Assembly (NCBI RefSeq): GCF_001194135.2 | Contig: NC_068993.1 | Coordinates: 20,408,970 to 20,458,135 of the forward strand | Direction: 5' to 3' | Source of the DNA: Octopus bimaculoides | Lineage: Eukaryota | Length of the DNA stretch: 49,166 nucleotides | Shown: positions 12,816-23,456 of the stretch, piece by piece | How positions within the stretch are numbered: position 1 is the first letter of the stretch | Layout of the letters: every line of letters starts with the position of its first letter | Position numbers and translations under genes: made by a program | Notes under the pieces: generated by a model | What the model saw: only the letters and a program-made list of their open reading frames with translations | Databases searched by the model: none | Told to the model about the DNA's origin: nothing

Positions 12816-15800
12816 GTGCGTGTGTTTGTGTGTCTGTGTTTGTCCCCCCAACATCGCTTGACCACTGATGCTGGTGTGTTTACGTCCCCGTAACTTAGTG
12901 GTTTGGCAAAAGAGACCGATAGAATAAGTCCTGGGGTCGGTTTGCTTGGCTAAAGGCGGTGCTCCAGCATGGCCGCTGTCAAATGACTGACACAAGTAAA
13001 AGAGTATTTGCTTTTGAATGGTTAATAAATCTTCATCATGCTGCAGTCGTTTTAGTTTCAACACAGTCTTAGTTCAAATGAGTATACATCCAAAAATGAT
13101 ATTTTTGAAATTGCCAAATGTATATTCCATCTCATTAGTAAGGGTTTAAATGTGTGTTTTATTATGATTTAATTTATTAATGGTCTAATGTACATATAAA
13201 TGTATTGTTTTACTATATATTACAACCATGGTCCCTTTGCTTATAATCTATATATGGTCTTATTGTCTTTATTACAGCTGACAGAATGTTTAACTTCTGT
13301 GAAACAAATCAACAAGACTGACTGTGCCAATATCATCTCCAAATTTATGGTGAATATGTTTTCCTAATTATCAATGTTCCAGAATTTTAAATAAATGTGG
13401 CTAAATTACCTCTAATGTTGCTAGCTTTCTTAATTCTGCATGTAAAACTTCTTTGGGATTAGCTTAAAGATGAGAAGTATGGAATAGGAGAAAATAATAT
13501 TTGCAGGTGTGTCCTAGTCATGCCAGTGAGTAATAGACAAAAATGAGGAGTAAAGAGGATAAGATAGCTCATAAGAGTTATGTATTTTACATGGAACTCT
13601 GACAACTCATTGGATAGAATACAATTGCAGAGCATTTGGTTTCTGTATTATTGTTTGGTCTTCTTCAATCAAACATCATCATCATCATTGTTTAATGTCC
13701 GCTTTCCATGCTAGCATGGGTTGGACGATTTGACTGAGGACTGGTGGACCAGGTGGCTACACCAGGCTCCAATCTGATTTGGCAGAGTTTTTACAGCTTG
13801 ATGCCCTTCCTAACGCTAACCACTCCGAAAATCAATCTAAATCCAAGACTACATTATCCAATATGCTGTTTTTTTTAAAAAATCAGTAGGATGTGATGTG
13901 AGGAAGATTTGGTTCGCTATTTCTAGTACTGCAGGTAACCATTTAGGGGTTGCTTTGTTGGCTTGCATACTCCAGTATTCTTGTATTGCTGCTGAGGCTA
14001 CACAACAACAACTCTTTTCTGACTCCTCTAACAGACATACAGTTTATCAGTAACATCAAGCTTGCACATTTTCTAACTAGTTCATCACCATCATCATTTA
14101 ACATCCATTTTCCATGTTGTCATGGGTCAGATAGTTTAACAGTAGCTGGCCAGCTGAAGAGCTGCCCGGGTTCTATATCTGTTTTGGCATGGTTTCTACA
14201 GCCAGATGCCCTTCCTGACACCAACCACTTTACAGAGTGTACTAGGTGCTTTTATATAGCATCGGCACAGGTGTGTTTACATGGCACCAGCACCCATGAG
14301 CCCACAAGATTAGGGATGCAAGGCCAACCATGCTTTTTACTTAGCTTGACATGTCTTTTCAAGCACAGTAAACCACCAGGAGACTCAGTCCCTTGTCGTC
14401 CTCTCTGTGAGTCCCAACATCTGTAGATTCTTTCCCACTACTTTGTCCTACGTCTTCCTGGTTCTACCTTTTCCATATGTTCCTTCTACAATTAGAGACT
14501 GGCACCTCTTGATGCAACTGTCTTCATTCATATGCATTACATGGCCATACCAGAGCAGTCTTCTCTCTTGCATACTACATCTGGTGTCTCGTATATCCAG
14601 TTTTTCTCTCAAATCACTTACACTCTATTGCATATGCACACTAGCATTACCCATCCAGCAGAGCATACTGGCTTCATTTCTTTCAAGCCTTTGCATATCC
14701 TCAGTAGTCTCAGTCCATGTCTCACTGCCATGTAACATAGCTATTTGTACACCAGCAACATACAACTTGCCTTTCACTTTGAGGAAGAAACCTTTTGTTA
14801 CTAACAGAGGAAATAGTTCTCTAAACTTCACCCAGCCTATTCTTATTCTAGCAGTTGTGCTTTCAGAACAACTTCCCCCACTACTAACTTGGTCACCTGA
14901 ATAATAGAAACTATCTACTACTTCTAAGGATATCCCCCTGACATTCGAAGGAGTTTATTTTTTTTGTACATTCCTATTGTTTAATGTACCTGCACATCTG
15001 CCACTGGAAGACTAACACTTTCTGTGTTAGTCTTCCAGTGATACTGCTGCTGCACTTCCTATGTGCCCATAGCTTGCACTGGGTACATCTTATGGAGTAT
15101 CTCCCAGCTCCTTTTCTGCATATCAAGCAGGGCCATCTCCGTTAAAGGGATCTGTGATTTGTTTGTTTTCCTACTTATAAATACTTTAGTTTTTGCTGAA
15201 TTAATTCTAAGGCCCTATGATTCCAGTTTGTGCTTCCATATGTAATATATCTTCTCTAGTTCTGGTAGTGATTTAGCAATAATCTGAAATTTCTTCTCTA
15301 ATTTTGGTACTGATTCAGCAATAAAGTTATAAATATTATTTAAAGTGTTGATAAAACAAAAATAACTAACTATTTGTATTAAAAAAAGAAAAAAGCTAGT
15401 AAATAATTATGTGATGAAAAATGAAAGAACCTTCACTCTAAAAGTATTTATCTTTTTATTAGGCACAATACCAAACTTTTCTATGTGAGGTAGTATAGTA
15501 AATTGAATCAACTTTCAGGCAATATTATTTGTGTCTATTTTATTGCTCTTCCCACATTAAACAGGAGATTTGATTTGAGCAGAATTTGAAGTGAGAATGC
15601 TGAGGTACAAAATTAATTGTTTTAGTTTTCTCAGTTGATTGAAGGACAACATATTTGGAAAGAAGACTTTTAATTACCCCTATGATCATTCTGTATACTT
15701 TCAGTCATTAGAGGCCGTCATTCAGAGTAATGAAAAAGATTTTACATTTTGCCCTGGTTTGGGACCACGGAAGGTAAGTAGAAGTTTGCTCTCCCTCATA

Positions 15801-17635
15801 TCATTGTGGGTGTGTGGGTGATTGAAGACAGCTTTGATGCCCAACACTGGCACAGTCTTTTGCTTAGTGTCTTGGAGCGCTTGTTGTCAATAATAGAAGC
15901 TAAGAAAGATCCTTTTTTGTTGTTGTTGTGACCCTTCCCCACTGCCTAGAACATGAAATGTAGCTGGTCATGATACTAATTTATAGTATAGTACGTAGAC
16001 TACTTGTCAGAGATAAGTGCCTTGACTATAGTGTTGTGCCAACAGCTGATAGTCTGACATCATCATCATCATCGTTTAACGTCCGCCTTCCATGCTAGCA
16101 TGGGTTGGACGATTTGACTGAGGACTGGTGAACCAGATGGCTACACCAGGCTCCAATCTGATTTAGCAGAGTTTCTACAGATGGATGCCCTTCCTAACGC
16201 CAATCACTCTGAGAGTGTAGTGGATTCCGAAGACATATATATGGTTAACCTGACTGTGCAGGAAATGTGACACACACACTTCTAAAATCCTGATTTTTAT
16301 TTCAGTGTTTGGTGGAGGTTGAAAATATTATCTGTCATACTTCATGTTCTTTGAGCTACATATGGGATGTGGAAACATTTTCATGTAATTAAATAATTAT
16401 TTGCATGTAATTAAAGATTTAACCAATTTGTAGGAAATAAATGATGACTTAAATTACATAAGTTTCTTGTTCTTTTCTACTGATAGTGTCTAACAAAGAT
16501 TCCTTACTTTTGGAACTATCTTTGATTTCTTTCAGGCTGAGCAACTGTACAATGTTTTCCATGAGCCATTTTTAAAAAGAAGAAAACTACCATCAAACAA
16601 TGATGAAGGTATACTCGTTTTTCCCTCTCAGAAGGTCTACTGACCAAAGCTTTCTGTAAGTGTGTTTTTGTAACCATGACAAGAACTCCAACTCTGCTTG
16701 CTCTAATTTTCCTGACTTATGAAACAGATATTTATTTACACAGCATGAATGTATGGTTAGAAAGGTTGCTCAGCAGTCATGAGCTCCCTGGTTTGATTTC
16801 ACAACTTGGTATATTGAGCTAGTGTCATTTACCATTGCCTTGAATCAACCAATGTGCTGTGGGTGAAATCTGGATGATGGAAATTGCAGAAGCATGTTTG
16901 GTGCTTGTACCATTTAATACAAAGGCCCAGTCTTCAGCCTTGTTATGCAATGTGTCATGCTGGTTCTACCTGAGGATTATATTAGGGGGATACACGTTAG
17001 TTTAATACTCAACAATCTCCATATTAATTCAGTGAACAGCTTATCATCATCATCATCATTTAGTATTCATTCTCCATGGGTAGGACAATTTGACTGGAAC
17101 TGGTAAAACAGAGAGCTGCACCAAACTCCAGTCTGCTTTGGCTTGGTTTTTACAGTTGGATGCCCTTCCTAACGCCAACCACTCCGCAGAGTACTGGGTA
17201 CTGAATACTCATCACCAAACTGATGACAGTTCCTTTATGTTTTAATTACTAGTAAGAAAGAAATTCTCCTGTTATAGTAACTGCTATAAGGAAAACTATG
17301 CCACCTGTGCTAGCATGTAGAAGTGTATGCAAAAATATAAATTGACAAAACCAGAGAAAGTTCCAGTAAGTGAGTCTTTGTAAGGTGGTTGCATAATATA
17401 AATTATGTACCTCTGCAGCAGTTATTATTTTATTTACAGGTTCCATTACATATATTTTAAACTAATATATTGTATAGTACTTCAGTATTTATGTGTCATT
17501 TTCTAAATGCAAATACCTTTTGTTTTAAACATTTCACTAGTCCATGTATTGAAATAATTTTAATAAAATCCACCTATTCTGTGTCTGACTGGTACCCTTT
17601 CTTTTACAGTTGTTGAAACTAGCCCAAAGAAGTAA
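3116..17635 (+). CDS. ERCC1: DNA excision repair protein ERCC1, spliced gene (9 coding exons seen; N-terminal exon(s) uncertain)
   Basis: Manually joined GT-AG exons 3116-3185, 6111-6214, 8378-8477, 10190-10266, 12223-12322, 13278-13349, 15705-15773, 16536-16608 and 17610-17635 stay in frame. They give ...[60 protein letters not shown]...[57 protein letters not shown].../[15 protein letters not shown].../...[22 protein letters not shown]...SPKK*. This is the ERCC1 central domain plus tandem HhH domain. Confidence 0.96.
3590..3875 (-). repeat. RTE LINE 3'-end repeat copy
   Basis: Same family sequence, reverse orientation. Confidence 0.85.
4710..5065 (+). repeat. RTE LINE 3'-end repeat copy
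   Basis: Same family sequence ending ggacgttaaacgacgatgatgatg. Confidence 0.85.
5571..6023. repeat. Fold-back (palindromic) element with a hammerhead-like core on each arm
   Basis: 5571-5780 is the reverse complement of 5796-6023, apart from microsatellite-length differences. Cores CTGATGA...GAAAC (minus, 5657-5625) and CTGAAGA (plus, 5937-5943). Confidence 0.85.
6111..6214 (+). CDS. ERCC1: ERCC1 exon ([34 protein letters not shown])
   Basis: tttttttcag acceptor, GTAAAG donor; hallmark ERCC1 motif. Confidence 0.96.
7935..8335 (-). repeat. tRNA-derived SINE, full length
   Basis: Reverse complement of the 12625-13005 family, including the ctagcatggccgcag tail. Confidence 0.85.
8378..8477 (+). 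CDS. ERCC1: ERCC1 exon ([33 protein letters not shown])
   Basis: ttttcctcag acceptor, GTAAGG donor; SLRYH and LVQVDV motifs. Confidence 0.96.
8950..9590 (-). repeat. RTE LINE 3'-end copy with about five internal ~63-nt tandem units
   Basis: Repeated gtgcttttta-c-tgcc-cc-gcac...ccagtcagg...ctggcat units at ~9105-9420. Confidence 0.85.
9830..10020 (-). repeat. Third SINE family fragment (cctttcatcctttcggggtcgataaa core)
   Basis: The same core appears in the opposite orientation at ~10535-10750. It resembles the Meta-domain SINE core, from memory and unverified. Confidence 0.65.
10190..10266 (+). CDS. ERCC1: ERCC1 exon ([25 protein letters not shown])
   Basis: tcatttcag acceptor, GTAAGT donor; KMCILA.CTLILA motif. 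Confidence 0.95.
10535..10750 (+). repeat. Third SINE family copy
   Basis: gggtggtgag...ctttgcctttcatcctttcggggttgataaattaagtacc. Confidence 0.65.
10800..11075. mobile_element. Non-autonomous DNA transposon (MITE), copy 1
   Basis: Shares sequence with 11770-12095, whose end reads aaaggcttaa (TTAA/CCC-like terminus, piggyBac-type). Confidence 0.55.
11415..11757 (+). repeat. RTE LINE 3'-end repeat copy
   Basis: Same family sequence with GAT tail. Confidence 0.85.
11770..12095. mobile_element. MITE copy 2, interrupted by an RTE 3'-end fragment
   Basis: Aligns by eye with 10800-11075 once 11810-11921 is removed. Confidence 0.55.
11810..11921 (-). repeat. Short RTE 3'-end copy inserted in a MITE
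   Basis: (CAT)n-cgtttaacgtccgctttccatgctagcatggg...ggctccaatct interrupts the MITE sequence. Confidence 0.8.
12223..12322 (+). CDS. ERCC1: ERCC1 exon ([33 protein letters not shown])
   Basis: ctttctctag acceptor, GTAGGT donor; [11 protein letters not shown] motif. Confidence 0.96.
12625..13005 (+). repeat. tRNA-derived SINE, full length
   Basis: gtggctgcgtggtaag (A box-like) and ggttccgggttcagtccc (B box-like), an internal TA/TG microsatellite and a 3' tail ccagcatggccgctgtcaaatgactga. Confidence 0.85.
13278..13349 (+). CDS. ERCC1: ERCC1 exon, first HhH ([24 protein letters not shown])
   Basis: tttattacag acceptor, GTGAAT donor; 72 nt, the same length as the known 72-nt exon VIII of human ERCC1. 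Confidence 0.93.
13675..13830 (-). repeat. RTE LINE 3'-end repeat copy
   Basis: Same family sequence. Confidence 0.85.
14120..15240 (-). mobile_element. 5'-truncated RTE-clade LINE (RT C-terminus + 3' UTR + (GAT)n tail) in ERCC1 intron
   Basis: [20 protein letters not shown]...MLHGSETW...LERNEASML peptide; continues into the abundant 3'-end repeat ending in a GAT microsatellite. Confidence 0.85.
15705..15773 (+). CDS. ERCC1: ERCC1 exon, second HhH ([23 protein letters not shown])
   Basis: tactttcag acceptor, GTAAGT donor; CPGLGP.K hairpin motif. Confidence 0.95.
16060..16225 (-). repeat. RTE LINE 3'-end repeat copy
   Basis: Same family sequence. Confidence 0.85.
16536..16608 (+). CDS. ERCC1: ERCC1 exon ([24 protein letters not shown])
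   Basis: ttctttcag acceptor, GTATAC donor; HEPFLK terminal motif. Confidence 0.92.
17040..17200 (-). repeat. RTE LINE 3'-end repeat copy (diverged)
   Basis: (CAT)n...ggatgcccttcctaacgccaaccactcc. Confidence 0.75.
17610..17635 (+). CDS. ERCC1: Probable ERCC1 terminal coding exon (VVETSPKK*)
   Basis: cctttcttttacag acceptor with matching phase 1; TAA at 17633-17635; no homology support because the tail is not conserved. Confidence 0.6.
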
Positions 17636-18399
17636 ACATTGCTGGTCACCCTCATTTTCCTGATCACAGAAAGAACACAGTAACTATGATGGAGATAAAA
17701 CAGAAAAGCTGCTCAGTTTATCATCAGCAAAAAATGTGATGTATATTGTAACAAATGTATTGGATTAACTTGACAATACTATTGTCTTATATTTGTTTTA
17801 GGAAGCAGTATATGAAATGACGTAGCCTTTATTGAGATTTTCTGTCTGACAAAAAATCTCTAAAGCTTCTTATAATTATGTGCATGTACATCTATAAATG
17901 CCATTTATATGTATGTAACTGAACATACATACATACATACGTTTTCTTTTTTATCTAAATAACCATCTGATGGTTGGATTCTCATTTTCAACTTTAGTTA
18001 GGCTTCATTAGTAATGACATAAATTCCAACCCTGTTATCGAGTCACTAATGGAGCACAATTGAGTTAACAAAAAAAAAGTAACATCAGAAAGTAATCATA
18101 AAAATGTGTATCAGCAACCATCTGAATAACAAAAGATGGCTTCATCAAAATAACACCTTGATAATTGTGATAGACATCAAAACAAACAGATATATAAACA
18201 AGTGAATGGTAATAGGAATATGTAAATATTTACATGAAAGTAAAAAACAAACAAAAAAAAACAAAATCATACGTAATACACACACACATGCATGAATATA
18301 TACTCCTGCATATATGTATGTGTAATATATATATGTATGTGTGTGTATGTGTATACATACATACACATACACACTAACGTAAATGTATATATAATGGCT

Positions 18400-20400
18400 G
18401 ACTAAATAGAGTGTATCATAGCGTTACATGTGAGAATGACAATGGCTCTTGAATCCTGCCAGCAGCTTACAAAACTTGATGCAGGTTCAACGTTCATACA
18501 AATTCTTTTGACTTCTTGGTTGTTCCGGATCATTCTAATGATTTTCTCTGTGCATCCTCATGTGCCTAGGTAAACCCGAGTGATTTATACGTGTTTTCTG
18601 GCACACAGTGCATGTGAAGTTGGCCCCAACCAGAAAGTTGTAGTTTGTAATAGATCTTTTTCGTGGCTTCTCTGATGGGTCACCAGGCCTGTGTGAGACG
18701 TACATATGCAGCCATAGACCTCACAGACTTGATGAGGAACTGTAGGGTCAACGAAATTGTCTTTTCATGCTGATCTTCTGCATGACCGCTCATTTTTATT
18801 TCACTGGAATGTGCTCATTCTGTCATAGTCCAGATTTTTTTGTCATGTGATATGTCTTCTCGCTCCTGTTATGAAATCATACAGATTCCAAGCAGTTCTT
18901 TTAAGTTGTCCTTAAATCACTTTCTCGACTTACGCTGCAGTCAAATACTTTGCAACAGTGTGCCAAACAACATCTACTTTGGAATTTGGCTTTCATCAAA
19001 ACACACAACATAATCAGCCCAGTGCATATAGTGATGATGGATGTGAGCTTCAATACTCACTGCATTTGCATATGTCAGCATCCTAATGCACTTATGCAAA
19101 CTGGAAACAGTATATGCCTTGACATATGCTAAGGTAAATATATACACACACAGACATGTGTTTATGTACATAGATATATAAATACACACTTGTACATATA
19201 TGAGGACCAAGTATGCCTTTCAAATTGTCATACAATACTCTCAAGTTGTGCAAGTTAGCAGCCAGTTCCAATTCTTGGGTTTTTCTTTGCTCACTGAAGA
19301 TTTTCTATTTCATGCAATTTTTTTGAGCAATTTTCTTAGAGGATGCATATAAGGATCTGTGTGATAGTGAGTTTTTGTTTGAGATCCATACGTTGTATTT
19401 TTCATGCATAGTTTTTAGATGTTTTGTTTGAGAATCATTCACACTGAACCAATTTTGATGCTTGTGATTGATTAATCTTAGAATTTCTTCAGCAGATGAT
19501 TTAATTCTGTTATTAAGATTACATCACAAAGCTTCAGGATCATTGCTTTTCTCTATATTCTCAAGTTTTGAATTTAGATACATTCCAAAATTTTGTATCA
19601 TTTCAGGATTTTTTAATGAAGGCACATTTATTCTAGAAATCTTAATTTCCTCTTTGTATATGGTTTAACAAATACCTGATTGCAAGCCATTCTGTAATCC
19701 AAGTAACTCTTGGGAATTTTATGAGCTCTTGTTGATCTGACATCACAGAAATTTTTGCTCTTAGCTATGCCAGTCAAGCATGTGCCAGTTATCTGATTGT
19801 GGAGACTTACAGGCATTTTTATATTTAATGACTGGCTGAAATACTGTCTGTGATTATAAGACCAAATTATTCACAAAAAGACAACAGTTGTAAACCACTT
19901 GCATTCATCTTTCCTGTTCCATGTTTTCCTACTACTTTTGCCCATACAGTGTATTTGTTACCTGTTCTGGCATTAAAATGGCCCATTAATATGACTTTGT
20001 CATGATACAGAATTTTACTTATAACTCTTTGTAATTTAATGTAGAAAATGTTATGTTCTTGCTGAGGCTCTGTAGGTGTATATGCACTGATAATGTGCAT
20101 AAACGATGAATTACTTATGGGTATACAAAAGGTCATGTGATGCTCATCAACAGCTTGGGGAATGGATGGCAGCTTATGAAGTAAAGTGGATTTAATGGCA
20201 AATCCAACTCCATGAATTCTTGACTGATCTGCTGGCTTTCCACTCTCAAAATATGCATAGCTACTTCCAACTTCTAATTCATCAGAATTTGCAAACCTGA
20301 TTTCACTTAGAACAGCAATATCAATATTATATGAACCAATTACCTTTGCAGTTAATGCTGTTTTTTTGTTCCAGACTCTAATTTGGATTTTAATGGTCTG
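18400..20400 (-). mobile_element. Decayed RTE/BovB-like LINE (endonuclease and C-terminal remnants)
   Basis: 20136-19867 IISAYTPT...DKVILMGHFNARTG...VGKHGTGKMNASGLQLLSFC is an RTE endonuclease. A C-terminal CEVYGCICTSHTGLVTH-like motif lies near 18680-18730. Confidence 0.75.
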
Positions 20401-20639
20401 TGTAGTAGTAAGAATGTTAAAATGTTCTGCTAAGCAGAGTTGTTACCAATGAAATGTGCTGGAGCTGATTCTATAATGACCGATTTAATGCTATAGTTGA
20501 TTCCTTTGTTTTTTTAAACTTCAAATATACTTTGAAAGTTTTGTTATAGACTTTTTTTGTCCTCATCTGAAAGTGTATATATGCTGAGTATGTCTTCATT
20601 TAAAAGTGTTATCTATGGGTAAATTAAAACTTCCTTATA

Positions 20640-20998
20640 ATAGTCCCTCAGTTGGCACTCTGTTGCTTACAACGTTGAGGGTTCCAGTTGATCCGATCAA
20701 CGGAACAGCCTGCTCGTGAAATTAACGTGCAAGTGGCTGAGCACTCCACAGACACGTGTACCCTTAACGCAGTTCCTGGGGATATTCAGTGTGACACAGT
20801 GTGACAAGGCTGACCCTTTGAATTACAGGCACAACAGAAACAGGAAGTAAGAGTGAGAGAAAGTTGTGGTGAAAGTGTACAGCAGGGTTCGCCACCATCC
20901 CCTGCTGGAGCCTCGTGGAGCTTTAGGTGTTTTTGCTCAATAAACACTCACAACGCCCAGTCTGGGAATTGAAACCGCGATCCTATGACCACGAGTCC
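20640..20998 (-). repeat. Second tRNA-derived SINE family
   Basis: The reverse strand begins with a tRNA-like head (gactcgtggtcataggatcgcggtttcaattccc), followed by a conserved-looking core and tail; the 5' end runs into the gap. Confidence 0.7.
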
Positions 20999-21591
20999 NN
21001 NNNNNNNNNNNNNNNNNNNNNNNNNNNNNNNNNNNNNNNNNNNNNNNNNNNNNNNNNNNNNNNNNNNNNNNNNNNNNNNNNNNNNNNNNNNNNNNNNNNN
21101 NNNNNNNNNNNNNNNNNNNNNNNNNNNNNNNNNNNNNNNNNNNNNNNNNNNNNNNNNNNNNNNNNNNNNNNNNNNNNNNNNNNNNNNNNNNNNNNNNNNN
21201 NNNNNNNNNNNNNNNNNNNNNNNNNNNNNNNNNNNNNNNNNNNNNNNNNNNNNNNNNNNNNNNNNNNNNNNNNNNNNNNNNNNNNNNNNNNNNNNNNNNN
21301 NNNNNNNNNNNNNNNNNNNNNNNNNNNNNNNNNNNNNNNNNNNNNNNNNNNNNNNNNNNNNNNNNNNNNNNNNNNNNNNNNNNNNNNNNNNNNNNNNNNN
21401 NNNNNNNNNNNNNNNNNNNNNNNNNNNNNNNNNNNNNNNNNNNNNNNNNNNNNNNNNNNNNNNNNNNNNNNNNNNNNNNNNNNNNNNNNNNNNNNNNNNN
21501 NNNNNNNNNNNNNNNNNNNNNNNNNNNNNNNNNNNNNNNNNNNNNNNNNNNNNNNNNNNNNNNNNNNNNNNNNNNNNNNNNNNNNNNNNNN

Positions 21592-23238
21592 CAATCTTTA
21601 TTAAATGTTACATCGAAAAGCGAAAATTGAAAATTTTTTTGATTATAATTGTTTGTTTGCATGCACATTACAATGAGGAATTTCTTGGTGTCATTGATGG
21701 TGAATCCGGGAACAAACATTTTCTTTTTTTTTTTTGGTGTAACTTCGTTACCGCTGTCGAGTACATCTGTGTCTGAGTCTGTTTGGTTTTTGTTTTCCAT
21801 CATGTCCATTACTTTTAGTATTTCTGTTTCTTCATCTGATGATACAGTGTAGTTGATTTGTGGTTCACGAACATATTTGTCGAATAGTATTTCCCAGATG
21901 GCTGAGTTTAGTTTTGATTTAGATTTTATTAAAAAGTAAGCTGGATTAGGAAATTTGTATTTAATTGTTCGTTGTTTAAATGCTTCTTTTTCATCTGCAG
22001 GTGCTAATGTGTCAAATGAGTAGTTACTTGTTATTATTATTGGTGTTCTTTTTATTGTAACACTAGGTTTGAATTTGACAGCTACTGCAGTGTCTGCACC
22101 TTCGGCAAGCTTCTTAAATGTTTGTAAAGTTTCTAAAGTCATGTTTGGTTCTTCAAATAAACAGAGTTCGGTTTGGTACATGTCTTGAAAAGGAAAACTG
22201 CTTGTGCCTTGAATAGTTTCTGAATATCTGAACATGGCTGAAATACTTTTGCGATATAACTTTTTCCGGAACTTGGTACCCCTTCTAAAACGAAAGTGTT
22301 AATTTTTGGTAGTTCTTTGGTTAGTATATTCCATATGCTGTTTACAAAATCAGATATCTCAATGTGCTGTATTTTTAGTAAATTTTCAAAAATTCTTAGA
22401 CTTGTTGCAACTGTATGGTATTCATTGGTATGAAATTTTGACCATTTCATATTGTGATTTTTTTTTCAAAACCTGTTGCTAAAGTTTCCATTTTTGAAGC
22501 TTCTGCTACTTTTTTTGCTATACTGTCAAACAGAGGATGAGCAAGTGCTCCTAGGAAGTTTTCATTGTTACTTCGTTAACACCATTCTTGTTTCATTTCT
22601 TTGAAATTAGCGTATTCTTTTAAACCGTATAAGTATTTGATGTAATTAAAAAGTTTCATTGATCTTCCGTTGGAATTGATGAAAGTCGGTTGTTGGAAAG
22701 AGGTAGAAGGTTGTTGTATAGTCAATTGATTGTTTGTATTGTAGTATTCTTCATTGCACCAAATGTTTAGTTCTTGAATTGAAGGATTTAATGTTTTAGT
22801 TAAGAATATTTTTGGTGGTTTGCAGAAGTAGTTAGTTAAAGCTGCTGGAAATTTTACTCGTTGAGTGTTTGGTATCTTGTGTTTGTAACCAGTTGCTTTC
22901 CAGTATTCTTGAGTTATTTTTTGCCAAGTACTGTCGTTAGCTGGACTTCTTTCTGTTTTACATTTCCATAGAATGTGGAAATGGTTTATAGTGTTCCAAT
23001 ATTTGTCTCTATTCACCATGTCTTCTGCACGATGGTAAATTGCTATAGCTTGTCTATTGGTTATGAATCGTAAAAGTCTTTTGGCATTACGTACGTCAGC
23101 GTCTTGTTGATTAATATCGTTTTCATTAGTATGTATTTCTGTTATGTCTTCAGTCGGTAGTTCTAAATCAGAATGCCAATGAAATTGTTCTGATGACAAC
23201 CATGGATATATAGCTGTATATAAATGTTCTTGGTTTTG
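21592..23238 (-). pseudogene. NS1: Parvovirus-type NS1/Rep (HUH endonuclease + SF3 helicase), about 550 codons, with 1 stop and 2 frameshifts
   Basis: Motifs seen: HUH NHFHILW (~22965-22986); motif III TNYFCKP (~22815-22836); Walker A VLEGVPSSGKS (~22262-22290); Walker B LCLFEEP (~22147-22167); KKLAEG...VKFK...RTPIIITSN motif C (~22025-22045); acidic tail plus PKKKKK. Lesions: in-frame TAA at 22576-22578 and 1-nt deletions at A-runs 22458-22466 and 22247-22250. Confidence 0.93.
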
Positions 23239-23261
23239 CTGTAAAAGATAAAATTATAATA

Positions 23262-23452
23262 TTAACGCATGGCAGGAAAAGATGAAGCTGAAGATGTATT
23301 AGAATATGTTCTAAGACCTTGTGGCCACTGACATAAGTTCATTTTATGTTCTGGATTAAGAGGACATGTTTTTGTAGCTGCTGGTATTCTTGGTAAATAA
23401 CCAATGAATTGTGGTGAACCACTTGGTTTTTCAAAGTCTACTTCGCTGAAAT
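23262..23452 (-). pseudogene. Parvovirus-like capsid fragment, C-terminal part after the LTR insertion (YFSEVDFEKPSG...FPAMR*)
   Basis: Removing the LTR and one TSD copy restores the frame ...KVNFLITIDYFSEVDFEKPSGSPQFIGYLPRIP...PAMR, with TAA at 23264-23262. Confidence 0.75.
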
Positions 23453-23456
23453 AGTC

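Noticed and set aside
13950-14904. Plus-strand ORFs of 158 and 165 aa inside ERCC1
   Set aside because: Antisense translations of the RTE LINE fragment.
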